A DNA stretch of 10,838 nucleotides. Source: Nitrospinota bacterium. GTDB lineage: Bacteria > Nitrospinota > Nitrospinia > Nitrospinales > VA-1. Numbering within the stretch: the first letter of the stretch is position 1; the number at the start of each line of letters is the position of its first letter. The notes beneath the pieces were generated by a model. It worked only from the letters and a program-made list of their open reading frames with translations, did not search any database and was not told the origin of the DNA. Positions 6,921-10,838 of this stretch are shown here, piece after piece. Made by a program: the position numbers and the translations under genes. Where the stretch lies: positions 4,349-15,186 of the forward strand of contig JAYNIA010000056.1 in the NCBI GenBank assembly GCA_038108555.1, read 5' to 3'.

Positions 6921-8258
6921 TTATTTTCCCGGCCTTCCCGCCTTAGGAAGGAAAACATTTTTCAGAGTCACATCTCTGGCATTGTAATCGGGAGGAAACA
7001 AGTTAAACCTACGCCACATTTCGTACCATAAAGGAACCCGATTCAAGATCACCCAACCCATAACCTGGGTTCCCTGCCGCACATGCAATTGTGGAGGCCA
7101 ATGTCTTCGGCCTTTTTCCTCCTCAACCCAAAATCGAAATTGTCCCCCTTCCGAAGCCGATTGGTCCACGACTTTAATTTTTCCATCATACGTACCCGCC
7201 ATTAACTCTGGCCATGCCGGCAAGGGGATGGCGGGAACTCCCTGAAATAAAATTCTTACCGGTCTCCCGGGTTTTAAAAGAGGTGCATCAATGGCATTGG
7301 CCCACATTTCCAGGGCGGGCTTTGCTCTCTTGGGAACGATGGTGAATAGCAAATCACCAGAATTAACAATTTCACCGAGGCCTATGGTAGTCAGACGCAC
7401 TACCGTTCCCTCGACAGGAGCAAGGACTTTACTTGCTTTCCTTCGTTGAATTGCATTTGACCGGGTCAATTTTAAGTCCGCCAATTCTTTGGAGACCTTT
7501 GCAGCAGTACCGATAGCGGCAGCTCGTTTTGATTTTGTGTCCAACAATTTTTGAACCAGTTCCGCATCAATTTTGTCGCGGTTGAATTCCAGGGCTGCCC
7601 GTGCTTTCTGGGTTTCTTCCAGTTCCGCTCCCGCTCCTTTAAGAGTTGCATCTGCTTGAATAGCTGCCTGAATAGCCAGTTCCAATTGACGACGTGATAC
7701 CAATCCATCCGCTTCTAGGGCTTTGGATCTCTCAAGATTTAATTCTGCAGTTTCCTTTGCTATTTTCGCAGAAGCCGTTTTTTGTTCTGCACTCAACACT
7801 TTTTGTTCAGCCTCCATAACCCTTGCGGTGGCTGTTGATCCTGCCGCATCAACCAAAGATGTCATCTCTAAAATACGTTCTTCTAAAATGCCAGCACGAT
7901 CGAGAGCCGCTTGTCTTTTTTGTTTTAGTGCTTCACGAGACTCGTCCAATCTTTTTATTAAATCGGGTGCCATAAATTTAGGATTAACATCTCCCAGTTT
8001 TAAAACCAGATCCCCTTTCTTGACAGAATCACCCTCATGCACATACCAGCGTTGCAAACTTCCAGCGATTTGCGCATGAACTTCTTGCGGACGTTCAATG
8101 GCGGAGTATGCTGAAAGCTTTCCCTGGACCGTCACAGTTTGAGTCCATGGAACAAAAAGCAGGGCTACGGCAAACCAGATGAAAATGGCTATTGCAAACC
8201 ATCCCCAGGCACTGAGTCGGCGGGGAACCTTCACTAAATTTTCAGAAATTAAGCTCAT
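6921..8258 (-). CDS. HlyD-family periplasmic adaptor (membrane fusion protein)
   Basis: N-terminal TM helix ending VPWTQTV. Lipoyl half-motifs WYVHEGDSVKKGD and VLAPVEGTV flank a long coiled coil, followed by GRPVRILFQGVPA. The start is either ATG 8258 or TTG 8270. Confidence 0.92.
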   Translation of the reverse strand: MSLISENLVKVPRRLSAWGWFAIAIFIWFAVALLFVPWTQTVTVQGKLSAYSAIERPQEVHAQIAGSLQRWYVHEGDSVKKGDLVLKLGDVNPKFMAPDLIKRLDESREALKQKRQAALDRAGILEERILEMTSLVDAAGSTATARVMEAEQKVLSAEQKTASAKIAKETAELNLERSKALEADGLVSRRQLELAIQAAIQADATLKGAGAELEETQKARAALEFNRDKIDAELVQKLLDTKSKRAAAIGTAAKVSKELADLKLTRSNAIQRRKASKVLAPVEGTVVRLTTIGLGEIVNSGDLLFTIVPKRAKPALEMWANAIDAPLLKPGRPVRILFQGVPAIPLPAWPELMAGTYDGKIKVVDQSASEGGQFRFWVEEEKGRRHWPPQLHVRQGTQVMGWVILNRVPLWYEMWRRFNLFPPDYNARDVTLKNVFLPKAGRPGK

Positions 8259-8496
8259 ATCTTTAGTCAAAAACCGAATCGATAAAGATCCATGGCTGTC
8301 AAAAATTCAACCCGCAGGAACTTCGGTTAGTTTTCAGTTTCATATCATTGTGTTTAATTGCTTTTTCACGCTTGCTCATATTCCATTTCACTAAAACTCA
8401 AAATGCAGATCTTGATTTATTTCGGTGCGATAAAAATGGATTTATCAATCCTTTACGGTTTATTTTTCAAATTTAATTAGGATATTTCCCCTTTAT

Positions 8497-9065
8497 TTAC
8501 AAAGCTTTATGTTGAGCTCTATCCAACGGCTCCACCCTTCCCGTTTTTGAGTTGTAAAATCCACCCGTTATCTGAAGAGTCCCGTTATCCACTCTTTTTC
8601 TAAATATTTCGCTAAACCTGAGGATTTCCTCCTGCGCCAGCCAAATATGGGTTTTGCATAATTCATCTACTGCTTTTTGCATTTGGCTTTCCATTTCAGG
8701 TGTCAATCTCTTGTCAAAACCCGGGAAATGCCCTGAATTAATCTCTTTTTCCATTGTTTTTTCAATAACTTTGCAATTTTGATGCCCCAGGACAAAAATC
8801 AAGGGGACACCAAAATTTTCCACCGCATATTCCAGCCGGACCAGGCTGCTGTCTTTGATCAGGTTTCCCGTTACCTGAACCACAAATAAGTCTGTGGGGT
8901 GTTGAATGGGGTAATAACAGGCAATTCGAAACAGGAGATAATGGTGGCGAAGGGCATATTTTTATTCAACCTTCCAGGTGGGTGCTCATGGTTTTGGCTT
9001 TGAAGTCTGAAAAATCTTGCGGCATAACGTTGATTTCCCTCCCACATTCGGTTCAAATGGTTCAT
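8497..9065 (-). pseudogene. Beta-class carbonic anhydrase, split by a frameshift
   Basis: The 5' ORF (9065-8871) has EGNQRY and PFATIISC. The 3' frame has DLFVVQVTGN, LEYAV, IFVLGHQNC and ITGGFYNSKTGRVE. The halves are in different frames, with the junction near 8893-8930. Confidence 0.85.
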
Positions 9066-9314
9066 CCAGATTAGCTCTTCTTCCCTTCTCGATTAAGTAT
9101 TGAATCCTTAGAAGTTTTTTAAAAATTTAAGTTCTTTAAATATTTTTATGATAAGGAAAAGGAATGTTGGAACTTGGTAACCTGGAAGGGGTCTAGAAAG
9201 ATCTATATTTGGTTTCTTCTCCCAGAACCATCACAAATCCAGTAGCAGATTACCTCATGAAACAGGAGCTTCCTGACTTTGGTTAATGAATAAAAATATT
9301 TTAAAAAGGAGAGT

Positions 9315-9563
9315 GTGAGGTTGAGCCAATCAAAATCGGAAGACAACTGGTTACAGGATGCCTTGAACGAATCTGCATCTGTAATGTTTCCCACGAAACG
9401 GGAAGAAATTCGCGAATTGAAGATTCTAAGACGAAAAGGTTATAAAGATTTCGTTGGTGCCTACCATGAATATGTCCAACTCAAAAACCAGGAAGGCTCT
9501 TTGGGTTTTACGCTAAAAGAGTTTTTCGAAAAAAAGGGGATAACCTACCGATTCCCCAAATAG
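9315..9563 (+). CDS. Hypothetical small protein (82 aa)
   Basis: GTG start with a strong SD (AAGGAG, 9307-9312). It fills the gap between the divergent CA gene and the convergent HD-GYP gene. No recognised family. Confidence 0.6.
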   Translation: MRLSQSKSEDNWLQDALNESASVMFPTKREEIRELKILRRKGYKDFVGAYHEYVQLKNQEGSLGFTLKEFFEKKGITYRFPK

Positions 9564-9617
9564 CAAACATAAATCATTTCTATTTGGCAATAAATACAAA
9601 TTGTTTTAAAAAATTTT

Positions 9618-10784
9618 TCAGCTTGCCAGTTCTTTAAGGTGATTCCAAAACTTTTTTAAGTTGGTATCGTGGTTTTTTTGGGCGGTTTTTCTTATTTCAT
9701 TCATTTCTTCGTAATTCTGGATCAACACATCGGAAACATTTTTATCTATCCTACCCTCACTGGCCATGGATGAAAAAATTTCAACGACCTTTTCTTTTTG
9801 CATTCCCTTCCTGTAGGGCCGATCCTCGGTGAGGGCAGTAAATACATCTGCTACTGTCATTATTCGCGAACCCAGTGGGAGTTGATCTCCCGTCTTATGA
9901 AAGGGGTAACCTTCGCCTGTCAGGGTTTCATGATGAAAAGAAGCCCAGATTGCTATTTTTTCAAGACCCTTGACTTCTTTTAATATGGAATACGTATGGT
10001 AGGTATGGGATTTAATCACCCCTCGCTCTTCTAAACTCAACGCACCGGGTTTTTCAATAAGGGTTTCGGGAACGGCCAATTTCCCAAGATCATGCAAGTA
10101 TCCAGCAATTTTTATTTCATGGCATTCTGTCTCTGTCATATCCAGAAGTTCAGCGAGTTTCATAGCGGATACCGAAACACCTGTAGAGTGGTTTGCCGTA
10201 AAATGACTTCGGGTATCAATTATCGTTGAAAAAAATTGAGCCAGCTCTTCCATACCGTGAAGGTCGAGAGGAATTTCAGGAAGCTGGGATTTTTCTTTTA
10301 ATATATGGTCAAGATTCTGTGAAATAATATCCAACCAGAAAGATTCTTTTTTGGAAATTTCAAGAAAAGCCTCCACAAATTCGGGTACAAATTTTGCCCC
10401 GCTTTTTGATGTGATTTTCTGGACAACAGAATCAACCTGCTTGGAACCCTCGATTTTAGAATTTACAAGGACAGCAATGCGATCTGCCAGATGGATTATA
10501 TGGCTATGAACCGGAACAGGCTCTCCTTTAAAATGATCTCCTTTTCCATTTTCCCATGGGACATGGTGAAACCGTACGAGTTTGGAAAAAAATTTAAACG
10601 GTGGAAAACTTTCCAGAAGCAACGCTCCCAACTCGGCGTGAGCATGAGGAGACTTATCCTCAAAATCCATCAGTTTAAAACGGTCGGCTAAAACAATGGC
10701 TCCGATATCGTGGAGAATTGAAGCCAGGAAAATGGTACTTATTTCCTTTGTAGGAAGGGAAAGCTCTGTAGCAAGACATGTTGC
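9618..10784 (-). CDS. Tandem HD/HD-GYP domain phosphodiesterase (cyclic-dinucleotide PDE-like); 5' end missing or interrupted
   Basis: Domain 1: ILHDIG, HAELG, FHHVPWENGKG, HLADRI. Domain 2: NHSTGV, LHDLGK, KPGALS, HHETLTGEGYP, ADVFTALTEDRPYR. Family-like sequence stops at ATCLATEL (10784), where an IS-like end begins. Confidence 0.9.
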   Translation of the reverse strand, partial: ATCLATELSLPTKEISTIFLASILHDIGAIVLADRFKLMDFEDKSPHAHAELGALLLESFPPFKFFSKLVRFHHVPWENGKGDHFKGEPVPVHSHIIHLADRIAVLVNSKIEGSKQVDSVVQKITSKSGAKFVPEFVEAFLEISKKESFWLDIISQNLDHILKEKSQLPEIPLDLHGMEELAQFFSTIIDTRSHFTANHSTGVSVSAMKLAELLDMTETECHEIKIAGYLHDLGKLAVPETLIEKPGALSLEERGVIKSHTYHTYSILKEVKGLEKIAIWASFHHETLTGEGYPFHKTGDQLPLGSRIMTVADVFTALTEDRPYRKGMQKEKVVEIFSSMASEGRIDKNVSDVLIQNYEEMNEIRKTAQKNHDTNLKKFWNHLKELAS

Positions 10785-10838
10785 TGGCCTGCCCCCCGAA
10801 AACTGATCCAATCCTTGTGTTAGGATTTGGGTCAAAAA
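10785..10838 (+). mobile_element. Probable terminal inverted repeat (likely left end) of an IS3-family insertion sequence, truncated by the window edge
   Basis: Begins with 5'-TG and reads TGGCCTGCCCCCCGAAAACTGATCCA, resembling recalled IS3-family termini (TGnnCTGCCCCC...TGnnCCA). It starts exactly where HD-GYP similarity is lost, and is followed by a hairpin (10804-10815/10822-10834) containing TAGGAT. Confidence 0.7.

Noticed and set aside
4572..8394. Short overlapping or antisense ORFs inside the ABC, TolC and HlyD genes
   Set aside because: They are alternative-frame products of strongly supported genes and carry no motifs.
8890..8935. Programmed -1 ribosomal frameshift in the carbonic anhydrase
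   Set aside because: I see no X XXY YYZ slippery heptamer in the right frame and no obvious stimulatory structure. The loop is also shorter than canonical, which favours a deletion.
9203..9394. 63-aa minus-strand ORF
   Set aside because: It overlaps the better-supported + strand ORF that has a strong SD, and has no recognisable features.
9798..10691. Plus-strand ORFs 9798-9983 and 10491-10691
   Set aside because: They are antisense shadows of the HD-GYP gene.
10785..10835. TTG at 10835 as the native HD-GYP start
   Set aside because: The segment lacks the expected conserved His helix and looks like an IS terminus.
1..10838. CRISPR array, tRNA/rRNA, known anti-phage system, or a RiPP/bacteriocin cluster served by the exporter
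   Set aside because: I saw no regularly spaced repeats, cloverleaf or rRNA-like sequence, defence domains, C39 peptidase domain or double-glycine precursor.

Overview
AT-rich (roughly 40% GC by eye) bacterial accessory region, probably from a diderm because it encodes TolC and HlyD. From left to right it holds: (1) a + strand three-gene operon encoding an NADPH-dependent F420-reductase-like (COG2085) oxidoreductase, a long AhpD/CMD-like CxxC protein and a class I SAM methyltransferase; (2) a ~590 bp intergenic region with tandem hairpins, repeated AGGAG motifs and two candidate 37-aa small ORFs; (3) a stand-alone pseudo-receiver (REC-like) gene; (4) a - strand HlyD-TolC-ABC tripartite exporter operon whose only ABC protein has lost all ATPase motifs; (5) a frameshifted, catalytically degenerate beta-carbonic anhydrase upstream of that exporter; (6) a small hypothetical gene; (7) a tandem HD/HD-GYP phosphodiesterase gene whose 5' end appears cut by an IS3-family-like terminus at the right edge. 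All assignments come from motif recognition by eye; no searches were run.
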